DNA of 61,916 nucleotides, filler included, from Sphacelaria rigidula (Eukaryota): the NCBI GenBank assembly GCA_964200075.2. It is 7 parts of 7 records of this genome, joined end to end, with 100 filler letters (N's around TTAATTAATTAA, not from the genome) between each part and the next. Parts side by side here need not be neighbours in the genome. Positions count along the whole stretch, not along the records: positions 35,442 to 44,200 come from CAXNAA020010172.1; positions 44,301 to 53,058 come from CAXNAA020010173.1; 5 more parts are not named here. One strand, given 5' to 3'. Below are positions 38,183 through 51,200 of this stretch, piece after piece; position 1 is the stretch's first letter, and every line of letters begins with the position of its first letter. A program made the position numbers and the translations under genes. Below the pieces are notes generated by a model. That model was not told where the DNA came from. It saw only the letters and a program-made list of their open reading frames with translations, and did not search any database.

Positions 38183-41100
38183 GTGGCAAAGGCGACGATG
38201 TTAATCGGAGACCCCAGCTACTTCCCTAGGCGCATGGTGCGCCCGACGGGCAAGGTGGCCCGCAGTATCTGCATCATGAACCACCCATTTAACGGCACCA
38301 ACAACGCGGAGTCTACCCAGATCATCATTCCGGGCAGACAGGTGAGTTGTGCGCTGCTGGCTGCCTGAGTTGAAGGTGTGGTTTGGTTGTGAATATGTCT
38401 CTTGTTGGGGTTGAGGTGGGCTTATGCCTTGTCTTACTTGCTCTTCGTGGCGATCCATACCGTTCCCGTGTGCGCAAAAGTAGCACTTCCGCTAAAGCTT
38501 CTGCACGGTTCCCTACTGTGCTGTAGGTAACGGTCGTACGCCCCGCGCCTCTCGCTGGCCAGCTGCCCTTGCCTCGAGTTTGTTGGGCATCACGGGCGAA
38601 ACACCGCTAAAAGGAGCGGGTCTGCGGTAACAAGTTTTTTTCTTTTTCCCGTCATACTTGAAGCTCTCTCCTTCCTCCCGACGAGCCCGTCGTTTCAAGG
38701 GAGATAACGACCATCACCTCTCTCTCCCCCGACACACGTAAACCCTGATATTTCGCCCCTTGGCATCGCGAATTGGGTCTTGACTAATAGCGTCACTTCA
38801 AGTTTTATGTTGCTACTCCTCATGTCCTCGCGTTTTTGACGGTGAAAATCAGATGGTTCTGCAGGGCGAAAGGAAAAAACAAATGCTGGAATTCGAACCC
38901 TCAATATTTCACACCCTGGAGAGGATATAAAATTATTCGAAAAGCGTACTGCGCACAGAATCGACAACTGCGTCTATTGCGATAGGCGATAGATTCTATA
39001 CTGTGCGGGGTACACGTATGTGTGTTTACATCTTGATATTTGTGTATCGACTTCGTTTAATTTGGCGGTCCGGTTGTAGCATGAAACATGACCGAACGAT
39101 TCAAAACAATCGTGTCTTGGTATATAATGTGACGTTGTGACTCTCTGGTGATTTATGTACGTCATCGGCACTCGTAATCCGCCACCTCGGTTGCCTTCCA
39201 GGTGTCCGCTTGGCTGAATTACGTGATATTCTACGGTTATTACTGAAATCGCCACCTCGTGCTTTCAAGGTGTACGAGCTGGGCCAGCCTGGAGAACAAT
39301 TTGTGGTTTGCAGGCCCATTTGCCGGCCAATATTTAGAATCGAGCATACTGAAGAAAATTACGCGTGTACACGAAGATTTTTTTTGCATGATTTAACCGC
39401 GTTTTACTGATACCTGATAACTGACTATTGCCTTTGACTCATGAAGAAAAAGTTCGGGTACGCGTGTGATTTTTTTCATCATGCCCTATTCATGGTCCAT
39501 ACCAAATCTTAGAGTCCAACTCTGAGTATTGGCCGGCGAATGCGCCGTTTAAAAACCGGGTCAGTAGTAATTCCGATCAATATTTTGGCAGGCCACTTCC
39601 CGGCCCACGTTTGTTGCTCATCTGGATCATGCCTACTTTTTAAAATTGAACTTGATGCCAATTTCACAGATGATGACCTACTCGCGCAGTCTAAGGGTTC
39701 AACTCGTTTCGAGGCTGGCCCAGCTCGTACATGCGCGCATACGTCGCCGTCGTGCTCACCGACCCACTTACTGTCGCGGAATGTAATATGGAACCGGCAC
39801 GCGACCTGTTGACCGCCACGAGCAGGTGGACCGCCACCATGACATTTACGTGTGCATGGTTTCGTTCTCGCACTGTGTGGCTAGCCCCGGTAAGTACGTG
39901 GCCATCGCGTCGACGACTGTTGAGACCAGCAACCCCTTCCTCGAGCTCGCACCGGCGTTTGACCTTCTCGGCCCCATTATGGAGAGGTGAGGACGTGATG
40001 TTGGAGGACGCACAGGAACAATGTGTCCTTTGTTTGAAGAGCAAGTGTTTGGTGCATGCAAAGGGCGGGATGTGGAAAACATAATGATCCATGTTCATGT
40101 TGTTCCGGTTACTGTTGTTGTTTCATCACCCAGGAGTGACATGCAGTGTCACCTAGGCTGCTGACGTCCCCAACTGTTTTTATCGCATGCGCATTTGCCA
40201 CCAATCGCTCGTTTCATGTTCTCTCAGTGCTGTTGCCTGCTGACTGTGTCGTCCTCATCTGTGTCGTTTTTGTTGCTGTGAAAAGGTTCGATGAAGTTTC
40301 CGAGACACTCGCTCCTGTGGATGACGGCACGGCGGACCGCTGTTTCATCAGCGAATCGTACGACGCCACAAGGTACCTCCTTCGCATCTTCTTTCCCATC
40401 GTCATGCGATGGGTAAACCAGGCTTGTTCTCTTTTATGAAGCAGCTTAAATAGGAGCCACTCGCGCTGGAGCCTTGCTTTCTTGGCGGATGCTGGTTGGT
40501 GTATTGTCTGTGACGTCACCGCTTCGATTCTTGTGCCTAGTACATGCTATCGAGGGGTCAGCACGCGCTACAACCGTGCTCTGTTGCGCGCCCCACGGTC
40601 TGTTTCGCCACAGCATGTGCCTCTTCTCTCCCAGACATGCACGATACCATCAGCCACCTCATTCCTACAGTTTGCCGAGCTTTGCCTTCTAGTTCTATAG
40701 AGTTGGACAACCTCCTTGTGTCGCTGTCTTTTTCGCCAGTCCGAATGGCGCTGCTGCCTGCGAGCCATGCGATTGTTCGTTCATCCATACCCTCGCGTAT
40801 TGGAACGGATGTTTTTTTAGACGATGAGTACTTTCTTATCTGGCACATACGAAGGTATGCGTCATCTCAGTGTTGTCGTTCGAGCTGGGCCAGCAGTGAT
40901 TGCCGCATTTGCATGTCGCACCATGACTGATCAAGTTCCCCAAACCAGCCCGACTTGAGTATATGGTGTGACCTACAGACCAACCTGGTAACGCACGGCA
41001 CCGCTGCTGAATGAAGAATTACAAAAAAAATACTGCATAATGTATGACCTTACAGACGAAAAAGGAATCCGTCGGGATTCGAACTCGTGACCTCCGTAAC

Positions 41101-42185
41101 TGGAGTCTCCTGTATCATCAAATCGCTCAAACTTCATTTTTTTCCGAATATTGTTCGTTGCATCCTCCGGAAGGTTGTGCGTATTGATGATGAAAGTGTC
41201 GTGTCATAGTTTTAGCGCCCAATTCATGAACTACCCACAGCTGGCCCCGGAAACATTGAAGAATCGCACTGTCAGCATGCCCAGCTCGTATTATATGTCG
41301 AAAGTCGGTATATAGTTGCTATATGCCTATGCTTGACGCAGTACATTTCTTTTCTATTGCAACTACTTGTATTGACCAGATATGGTCATTATCCTGGGTG
41401 TGAAATATACACGAACACTGACACTGACACGACAGTTTTTCCATGGTATTGTACACGAGTCGCGTTGGAGGTGTTGGGAAGACAAAACTTTAACGAGCAA
41501 CCCGTCTGATTTTTTCCAAGTGGAGGGTTCTATAGCTCTACGTCACAAGAGCAGATAGGTGGGGTAGTAGGCAAGCATGACAGCACGAGGCAGCAGAAAA
41601 TCGCCGTGGGGCGCAGTACAGCAGCCTCTTCTTGGCGGTATTCGTGGCTGCTGTACACTGTGCGTGAATGCTGTTGATGCTGCGAGCTTGTCATGGTAGG
41701 GAGGATACACTATACGATAAAGGAAGTACGCCGCACTGCCCGTACTCTACTGATTTTTGTCCTGTCTGTACTGTCACATCAGCCGGGTATGCGCGAAGAA
41801 AACACTGCAATTTTTTGAGCACGGGTGCCATTGGGAACTCCTGCACGTGTGATGGACAGCTGTCCTGTTTTTCGTATTGTCGCCTCTCCAGCGCCTCCCT
41901 GGTACTACTGTGCTGACAAAGGTTCTCGAATCTGATACTCACTGTCTCTCTCTCTCTCTCTCCTTGTCTGCCTCCCTACATGTGCTATGCGTCTGCTTGA
42001 ATCTACTCTCTTTTGTCTCCTCTTTTTTCCTTTCTCATTTTGCGCATATGACACACCAATTGACTGTGATGTGTGATAGCCACTTTGAGACGACGGCAGA
42101 AGACGTGCAGAGTATGTACGAGCGAGTGACCGGCAAGAAGCTAGACCTCACCATAGACCCCGAAGCGGACCCTGAGGAGGGATAG
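38183..42185 (+). CDS. GDI: Rab GDP-dissociation inhibitor, last four exons: 38183-38341, 39826-39986, 40286-40372, 42080-42185
   Basis: GT-AG exons join in frame to [15 protein letters not shown]...[63 protein letters not shown].../[53 protein letters not shown]...*. Hallmark GDI motifs present: DPSY, QIIIP, STTVET, SYDATSHFET. Upstream exons were not found on this contig. Confidence 0.95.
39275..39727. mobile_element. Tc1/mariner-type MITE in a GDI intron; related TIR pair at 40881-41288 and solo ends near 26630-26646, 47703-47718, 47860-47878
   Basis: TA|CGAGCTGGGCCAGCCT ... AGGCTGGCCCAGCTCG|TA, a 16-bp perfect TIR with TA on both sides. Confidence 0.85.
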
Positions 42186-42899
42186 AAGGACCAACAGCAA
42201 AGGAGACGGAAAATTAAAAAGAGAGGGCTGAACGTCAAATGAGCAAAGCCTTTTTATTTATTTTTCGTTCAAGTGTTTCCCCGTAAGTTTTGTTACCAAC
42301 CTTTCGAAGAGGATGGGGAAGGTAGAGGGGTTGGAGAGGAGGATGGGGAGGACAAGATAAGTGAAAATGATGACGGATTTAGTTTTTCTTACCATTTTTT
42401 TTCTCTCCGCAAACGCCCATTTCTTTGATTCTAGGAACGTAGTAAAATAATGATTTGTCGGCGACAGAGGGAGATATTTTTTTAGGATGGAATGTGGCGC
42501 AAGTGTCTTTTTATTATCGGAGGATGTTGCTGATATCATCGGGCGCCTAATGTGGCCCCGCGAGATGAACATGCACTATACAAAGCAGTACCCAGTAGGC
42601 TACTCAAGGTGCCTGTCGTATATTTTGGCAGTTTGGATGGTATTGCCAACAGGGCTAATGCGGGCGAGTAGCGGGAAGTGGAAGGCAGGGTGTATACCCC
42701 TTATCCCACAAGGGGGTGGAGAAGGGGCATAAGTCCGGCAAGTGTTTTATGTCCCCCCCCGTGTCTGGTTATTATGTGCTGTAGTTCATTTCAGCCCGGC
42801 AACATGGGACTTCCCGCTTCCTTCGTTTTGTTGAGAGACAAAAACTCGTTTGATAAAAATCGTGTTTGATGCGATCGTAGCCCACCGAGTTGTGGTCGC

Positions 42900-42930
<31 letters not shown>

Positions 42931-44097
42931 CCAAACAAACAAAGACACCCTTCCCACCAGTAACAAGGGCGCCCCGGGGGAAAAGTGGACGCGAGAAGGG
43001 TGGANNNNNNNNNNATCGTAGCCCACCGAGTTGTGGTCGCCCCTCCCCCCCCCCCCGACGCACGCCCTAACTAGAACGTAAAAGGTCAACTTCCACTGAG
43101 TAAGGAGAGTGTCGGAGGTGAAATGGTGGACGATGAACGGATGAATGTCCACGTTGTGCTTCATGATATTGGACAATGAATCAGCAGCTCACGCGCAAGG
43201 ACGTCAGCGGACGCACCTACCGCGTTTTGGCGTGCGGATTCGTTTCTAAAAATGCTGCAGTTTCGAGCGTATGCGCAGAATCACGGGGGGCGGGGAGGTG
43301 GTGGAGGGGATAATATCAAGCAGGACGCATTTTCCTTCACGCTGCTTGCTTTCAGGGCGCCATGTTCGTAACTCTTGTTCTTGCTTCGTTTTTTGTCGCC
43401 TTTTCGGTGCTTCTCGAAAGTTTTTCATGAATTTTCGATCGTTGGAATGAACGAAAGGTGGAATATACTGGGTGTATCGCGAGCGTGACGGGTGTGTTGT
43501 AATATGTGTCAGCAAGGTTCGTCTTTTTTTTTTCAGTACGTCTGAGATATCCGCTGCAGAGAGAGAGAGAGAGAGAGAGTGGGTGTACGCACCAATGCGC
43601 CGCGTTGCTCGTTTGATAGTGCCAGTAGCTGTACTTTCGTCGGAAAAACGGGCAGGCGTTTATTGTCGCTCCTTGGGCTCATCTTGGTCAGCCTGTAGAA
43701 GAGATGAGAAAAAAGGGGGGAAGATTCGGTTCTGCCGCCGCCGCGTGCACAGCGACATACGCAGTTTTTAGTTGGCACACACAGTATATAAACATATATA
43801 CTATTTTTGTTAGCCCTCTCACGAACAGTTTACTGCTGTGCTAGTGCTTGGTCCAAATCGTGTCGACTCGTGTGCTGTTCATGTCATTTGTCGTGTACTG
43901 CAAAATTTCCTTCATATATATGCCTTGGTAATAGTGAAATTGATAGTAAATAATAATGAAAAATGATGATGATGCGACGTTTTGACGTCCCGACATGATG
44001 AAAGCTCTGTGGCGTAGACAGCTTGTACGGACGTCCTGCTTCTCCAGCGACTTGTATGCTGTGTGACGTCTGGCCGTGCATGAGCGTTAACTGCTCT

Positions 44098-44130
<33 letters not shown>

Positions 44131-44802
44131 ACCCCCCCCCCCCCCCCCCGGGGGGGGGGGGGGGGGCGGGGGGGGGGGGAGGGGAGGGTGGGGGGGGGGG
44201 NNNNNNNNNNNNNNNNNNNNNNNNNNNNNNNNNNNNNNNNNNNNTTAATTAATTAANNNNNNNNNNNNNNNNNNNNNNNNNNNNNNNNNNNNNNNNNNNN
44301 TGACCATTGACCACTCGTCCCTTCCGAGACGAGGCATCGTTCCTACTCCTAATAGAGACACCTCCAACATTCTGGCGCTCATTACGATTCTTCCATAGCT
44401 CATTACGTTTCTTCCAAACACTACACAAGGACCCTTTACATATCTCATCCCCGTCCTGTGAAGTCGTCTCTGGCCACCATCTATCTCCTAGTATAACCAT
44501 CGTTTTCTCCCCACTGTCTAATGCATCAAACGATTTCATGCCACCTTCATTCACGTCTCGCATTTCCCCGTCTAGCACGTCCCGCTCCTCCTTGTATAGT
44601 TCACATTCTGCCACTATTTGACTTCTGCTCTTTATTGCTTTGCCACAGGGGCAGTTCTGCCCACCTACTTTCCCCTCTTCTCGACTGCTGGTATATCTCT
44701 CTTTCTTCTTTCTGGCAGGTCCAGGTCCCCCACCCGAAATTGCAGTTTCACGTTTGTCGCAGCGTCCATGAGGCCATGCAAATATATTCTTTTATCCCTA
44801 GC

Positions 44803-45052
44803 CCCCCTAAGATAGGATTTGTGACAACTGCGGGGGTATTTGGGAACATCGCTCGGAATGAAACATGTAGAATAGTATTCAGGGGTATCGTAGTACATGT
44901 TTCCCTGTTCAAAGTCGAAATTTCCTAGCTTGAACGCTTTATACCCGATACAACGATGGACTGCTTTCCAAGAAAACCATCCGTTATTTCAGGAATTCCC
45001 CCGGGGTCTAATCCTAACCCTGCGAGGTTGTCACAAGTCCTACCTGAGAGGG
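44803..45052. repeat. Small element bounded by ~35-bp imperfect inverted repeats (probable MITE)
   Basis: CCCCCTAAGATAGGATTTGTGACAACT versus revcomp CCCTCTCAGGTAGGACTTGTGACAACC. Confidence 0.55.
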
Positions 45053-45619
45053 AGGGTGCCAGCGGTTTCCGTCGCTGGATCAGACCCCGTTTCGGACCGT
45101 CAGGAAAGATATTCAAACTACAGCTGATGCGGGTTCTAAATAATAAAAGTCCTTGGATTCTGCAAGCGCGTTGTACTACAGTAGTATTGTTCAACAGCCC
45201 TAACGCGAAACCGATTTTCAACACAGCCACGACGCAAGTGGCCATACGAGGCGTGATAGCTCGTTCAGACTGGGTGAAGCGTCTCGCATGGGCACTACTG
45301 GCGAAACAACCCCAAGCGTGGGACTAACCCTTACCCCCGTTGTGAGTGCCTGCAGCTTTTTTGTGCGGGGCATCCATTATATCCAACTGACGACTGTACT
45401 ACTGTAGTGATGCTGCACTCTGGTCATGGTACATCTCAGCAGACTGCTGAGTGATGCTGCGTTTCAAAGATCGCTGGCGTCTGTCGCCGCATTGGATCGT
45501 TTCGCTGACGGCGGTCGTCGCCGGCGCAACCGTATGAAGTCTCTCTCAGATACTCAACCAGAGGCGCTCGAAAAATCGATGACTAGTCCAAATAACTGTG
45601 TTTTCAGTATGCTTTGTTA

Positions 45620-47575
45620 CGTGCTCAGTAGCGTTTGGACGCAGGTCCTGCTCAAAAGATGCCGCACAACGAGTGACGGCGGTTTTTCTGTTGGACTGCT
45701 CATCATCATGCTTGCCCTGCCGTGCAGAAACTTCTGGGTTACGGTGACATGGTCAAAACCGGCTGCGAATCCCGAGCCTTTTGGACGAAACAAATGAAAT
45801 TTCGATGGCCCGTTGAACCTCACTCAAATGTTGAACCTCAAAAACGAATCCAGGCTGTTTACGGTACTCCACCTACCACGGAAAAGGCCAAACTCGAATA
45901 CGAATGGCAGACGTTACAGATGGCTGACAGAGAATCGCCAATGAATTTTCACACTCGGGCTAAATTCATTTGCACCGAACGCGAATAATTCGACGTTTTT
46001 CTCTTGGACTCGGGGGCAAGCAGACATATCGTAAGATGCATTTCGTCTGAGTACGAGCACGAGCGCAGGTCATTGTTGGAACATCGTGAGATTAAGACTG
46101 AAGAGCTAAAACGTCATCTAGAGAATGCATACGCAGAGTTGCAGGTGTCTAGGGTGAGGGAAAGGTAAACATGGAACCGTGCCCTATCTGCTACTGCTAC
46201 CAGCGGTAGGGGGGGGCATGGTTCACCAGGCAGAGGGCAGAACGAGGGGGGCGACGACACCACAATTCCCAACACCAATACCACCAACACAAGTCATTCT
46301 AATCCTGCCCCAATTTTGAACAGCAGTCCGATTCCTATTCACACCATGGCTCACAGCATAATTACAGTGGTCATGGCGGTGGTCGAGGGGGGTGGTATTC
46401 CCGAAACAACGACAGCAATGGCGCCCTCACAGTCCTTGGAACCGGGCGGGACCGGGCCGTGGTAGGATGTACCAACCCAATCAACGGACATATCAGATTC
46501 ATTGCCCATTCAACTAAGTGCCCTCCTCGCCAACAACATGTCTACTCAACGAATCCACGCCCAGACAACCACCGCTTTTCGGGTAATCAGGCTTAATCCA
46601 CCACCCACATCAACAACACCACATCCACAGCAATCCACCTCACGCCAATACCGTTCAGCAAACGGATACCGCCCAGCAGCATCATGACGAAAGCGTTGCT
46701 AGCTTTGTTTATGAAGACAATGCTCTCGACGAGGCCGGCTTTGCTCACAGAGTACAGTATCATGCCCCTAAACATCAGATACAGCCGGAGCAGACTCCTG
46801 ACACCGAACATCTCCCATACTCCACATCACCTCCATCATCCTATGACCACCCACCACCGAACCAAGCGCCCGACTACTGCCTGTATCATTCCTCAGCTCC
46901 GCCACCACCATATCACCCATCAACGCCTTTACCATCCAATCGATCCTAGCATCATTCCTAACCCACTGCACCGCCACCATATTACCCACCATCGCCTTCA
47001 CAACCCAACCAATCCCTGTATCATTCTTCCGCCACTGCACCACCACCGTATCACCCACCATCGCCTTCACAACCCAGTCATTTCTTGTATTTTTCCTCAT
47101 CCAATACGCCGCCATTATATAACTCATCACGAACTCCACCGCCGAACCGATTATACCATGATCCCTCCTCCGCTGCACAACCACCGGCATACTCTTCCCT
47201 CCATCCCTACGGGTCAATCTCTCCGAATTCCCAACCGGTAACCCCCCATCCAATGCCCACTGCCGAGCTGCCGCCTACTGATGATCCTGGTATCAACATG
47301 TACATGAGGCTTTCTGCATGCCCAGGAAAGCAGCCTTTAATTTGGGTTATTTCGATGTTAGCAGTAGAGTAACGTTGCATTGCGTCAGATCTCTGCCTGC
47401 TCCTGATGCAGAGCTATAGGTTGCAGACTCAGGTGCATCGCACCACACGACCGACAGCATGTCTCACGTTTTCGATACTCGTTCTCCTCAGCCAGGGAAC
47501 AAGAATGTAGTTTTAGGGGATGGGAAAGTGCTACTGGTGAAGGCTGTCGGAAGTCTCAAGTTAAGGTTCCATATT
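45620..47575 (+). mobile_element. Decayed Ty1/copia fragment: gag, Pro-rich linker, protease
   Basis: Gag-like LQMADRESPMNFHTRAK and EYEHERRSLL. Protease *VADSGASHHTT at 47417-47452 (expected Trp codon reads TAG), followed by VVLGDGKVLLVKAVGSLKL. Confidence 0.82.
46880..47200 (+). repeat. Coding tandem repeat with 66-69-bp units inside the Copia linker
   Basis: Unit anchors at 46885, 46951, 47020, 47089 and 47158. Spacings of 66, 69, 69 and 69 are all multiples of 3. Confidence 0.85.
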
Positions 47576-48219
47576 GTTTTTGTCCCCTCTTGGTACCGAG
47601 GTCATTTTGTTTTCATGCCCTTTTCGTTGTAAATACGAAATTTCAGGGTCCAACTCCAAATATTGGCGGGAGCATGGGCCTGCAAACCTCAAATCCCCCC
47701 CTAGGCTGGCCGAGCTCGTAAGAAGCGGCCTGAGTGGCGTGCTAGAGTAGGTCGGAGGATATCGTAAGACGGTCAACCGCAAACGTTGCGGGATATATGA
47801 CTGACTAAATCCCGAGCCCAACCGCCGACACTGCTGCTGTACGAGCTGGGCCAGCCTAAAAACGGATTTGAGCTGCATAAGTAATATCTCATCGACATAG
47901 AGGAGTTGGGCCGTGATCCACATATCGTATCAATCGTCTGATCAAGGGCAAGGTGCCCGTCTACTCAAACGTTTGGGCCCATATTTTCTCGTTGGTTGAA
48001 CCCCATGTCCGGTAATTCCCATACCTAAGGGGAATAGCGCAAATACTGGAATCTCTATGACACTCCCGACCAATGCATTCAGCGCTTGGCGACGAATTTT
48101 GGTGTGGAGAACCACACAAGAGCGCCGAATTGATAACGAAATGGGCCTCCATTCTTTTTTTCGTAGAGGTCAAGGCGTTCTCGTGAAAAAACGGTCTTCA
48201 CCATAATAAAACGCCCTGA

Positions 48220-51200
48220 ACCAGTGGAACAAAATGAAGGAAATCAAATACTTGCTCGAGGTATCGCGATCCTTAGCCCGCGTCTTCGGCCGACGTGCAG
48301 GTACTGGATCGGATTTGATCACTCGCGACTTATACCTGATGTGCCAGGTGTAGCTTACACCAATGACTCCGACCTCGCGTGTGCTCATATGCCACCTTTG
48401 CCGGCAGTATGATATCGGTCGGCGAGGTGTACGTGGGGCCGACACCACTCCCATCCGCGCTGCCCACGGACACGGGAGGATGGCTGGTTCGGGGGCCAGG
48501 CGACACGACCGAATATATAATGACGGGCGCTTCACAGACTTTCGGCTACAACCTGGAGGTGAGAACAGCGCTGCATGGGGGGCGATGAAGACTCTGTGAC
48601 CCCGTAGTCCTCTCTCTCCTCGCCCTTTACCGCCGTCTGCGTCCTGATATGTACGCGGCTGTCTCACGATTTGAAGGGATGTCGGGGGTGCATGAAAACA
48701 AAAAAAACGCACACCTATGAACCCTTCCCCCCCCTACCCGAACGGGACGGCGCGGGACGTGCTACAGGGGGAAATCCGGGACATGAACGAAGGTGGTATG
48801 CGATCGTTTGATGCATTGAGCAGTAGGGAGAAGACGATACCTATGCGAGGAGATAGTGGCCAGAGACGGCGAAACAGAACGGGGATAAAATATGTAAAAG
48901 GTTTTTGTGTAATGTATGAAAAAATCGTAGCGAGCTGCTGGAGGAACGTAATGAGCGCCGGAATGTTGGAGATGTCTTTGTTAGGAGTAGGAACGGTGCT
49001 CCGTCTCGAAAAATATGCGTGGTCAATGGTCAAACGACTAAGGCAAGCAACAAACGAGTACGCCCCCCCCCCCCTACCCCCCTGAGAGGTCCAAATAAAA
49101 AGTGGGACATGGGTGCGCGTTTTTGTTTTTTCGTGCACCGTTGGAGATGTAGTTTTTTTTACTGCGTGGTATCGACTTTTTCTCCCTCCCGCTTTACCGC
49201 ACTTCGTGAAAAAACAGTTTTTTTCGGGTCCGTTTATGGGCGCGTCCACATCGCGATGCCCGGGGGACATGTGGTTTCGGGAACAACTACACATCGTGGT
49301 TTTGAGACCCCTGTCTGAGCGCTGATTCTAACCACCGCCCCTCCTCCGTATCCCGAATTGACTTTCTCATGTTCGTTGCCGCCGGCCGTCTCTACCTTGT
49401 CCACCGTTGATTTCGGTCGCAGCGTTCGACGTTCAATCAGATGAACGAGCTGTTCCTCATCACGAAGCCCGGCCAGCAGAAGATCGTATACCCTGAAATT
49501 CTCTTGTGGGGAAAGTGCAGGGTATACAACACGCCTAGAGAGGCTGTGGATTCGATACCTCAAGAAATCCTGCATCAGCAATGTATTCGCATGGTCTTGG
49601 TCGCATCGAACAGACAACTCAGGCGCCTCGTAGAACCCGGCAGGGAAGCCTGCCAGCCGGAAGCGGCCCTGTAGTTGGAGGTCTCAGACACGTGCCCATT
49701 CTACCATTTGAAATGGGATACGGGCGGGGAGGGTGTTGTGATAGGGATCAGGTCGAAAATACCGCACAACGGCCCCAGAGATTCGTACATTACCGCTGCG
49801 ATAGGCGGCGCAGATGGTACGCAGCATGTTGTAATAGCCAGTGTGCAAGAGAGTCGAGAGAGGAAAGGGAGGCTCACCGCGAAGCAGCCTATCGCGGTCA
49901 CTCTCGGGGATCTGGTCGTAGGTGGATCGGGATTCGAGCAAAGGTGGCTGAGGGCCAGACGCGACACGGGTCGAGAAGGGTTGGAGGACGAGGTAGCCCC
50001 CGATGTTGACCATGATGACTGTGATACTGGAAGTGATGGCGATGGTGATGATAGTGGTGATGGCAATCGCAACTAGTGATGACGCTGGAGTCTCGAGTTG
50101 TAGTGGCGCAGTTGGAGAGTGAAAGCAATAGGTTCACATACAGGTCGGGATGCGGGCGCGAACGTACGGTTCAGGGCGGGGTCGAGATGCTGTCATGTAG
50201 CATGATGCGGTGTTGCGATGGCGTGTATGGCGGGACCGTACGAAGCGATCTTGGGGGTGGATGCCAACGATTTCTCTTTCGACAGAGACATTGCCGCCTC
50301 ATATATGCTCGAACCGGATTGGAAAGCTCGACGGGTATTTGCAGTACGGCTGAGTCGTGCAATAAACTATTCACGTTGTGCATCGGCCGTCGATTCTTCA
50401 GGACAGTGGACGCCCAATCATCCGCTCGGCACACCACTGCGTTGGCAGTGATATCCTCCCACCACGTCACTGACAGCACATTACTGACCTTACTGACAGC
50501 AACTTGACGCCCGAGATTTTTGTCTGGACACGAGCCTCGAGATGAACAACAGTGAAAGCATCCGTCTACAATCAAACAAACGTTGCTATGCTCTGTCGCC
50601 CGCAGCTAACCAGGGATGGGCGGCATGTGAAACCACGGACGTACTTCCTATTCCTCCTCAAAATTGCGCATCAGCAGTGTCGTGCGGTACTCCAAGGGCT
50701 TTCCGTCATTCAACGGCTAGGGTTTTCAAACCTCATTTCATTGATGAACCTCATTTTATATAATCCCCTGTTACAGGGTGCATTCCTCCCCCTTTGAACT
50801 CTTCGCAGCCTGTCCGCCCGTGTTCGAACCTTACAGAGCACCTCTTATCTATCCACAGACATGAGTGGCTCAATCAGCTTTGATTGATGCCGCGATACCC
50901 ACCCCACCAAGCAGCCCCGAAACTGTCACAAGGAGAATGGTCATACAGCGCATGATAGCAGCTGGTTTCAGACTGCGTGAAGCGCCTCACATAAGCGACA
51001 TGAGCGATCATGATCGCAGGCGTCGGAGTTCTGGCTTCTCCGTGTGCTCGGCTCATGTCAACAAGATTCACATGTGTATTCTGCCTGTTAAAATCAGCCA
51101 ATTTTCTGGGGTGCTATCGCGGCATCATCACCCAGCGGTTTGTCTGTGTGCCACGCATACCGAGCACCTCTTGGTAAGGGCAAAGGAGGAGCTGCACTGA

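Noticed and set aside
42893-43060. Direct repeat ATCGTAGCCCACCGAGTTGTGGTCGCCCC (about 42874 and 43015) on both sides of a 10-N gap
   Set aside because: Probably a scaffolding overlap at a poly-C run rather than a true duplication.
44099-44200. Long C-run followed by a G-run (hairpin or G-quadruplex candidate); similar tracts at 10563-10615 and 37410-37500
   Set aside because: Located at contig ends or gaps where homopolymer sequence is unreliable.
46684-47253. His-rich ORF 46684-47241 and the antisense Val/Met-rich ORF 46768-47253
   Set aside because: Most simply shadow frames of the Pro-rich Copia linker repeat.
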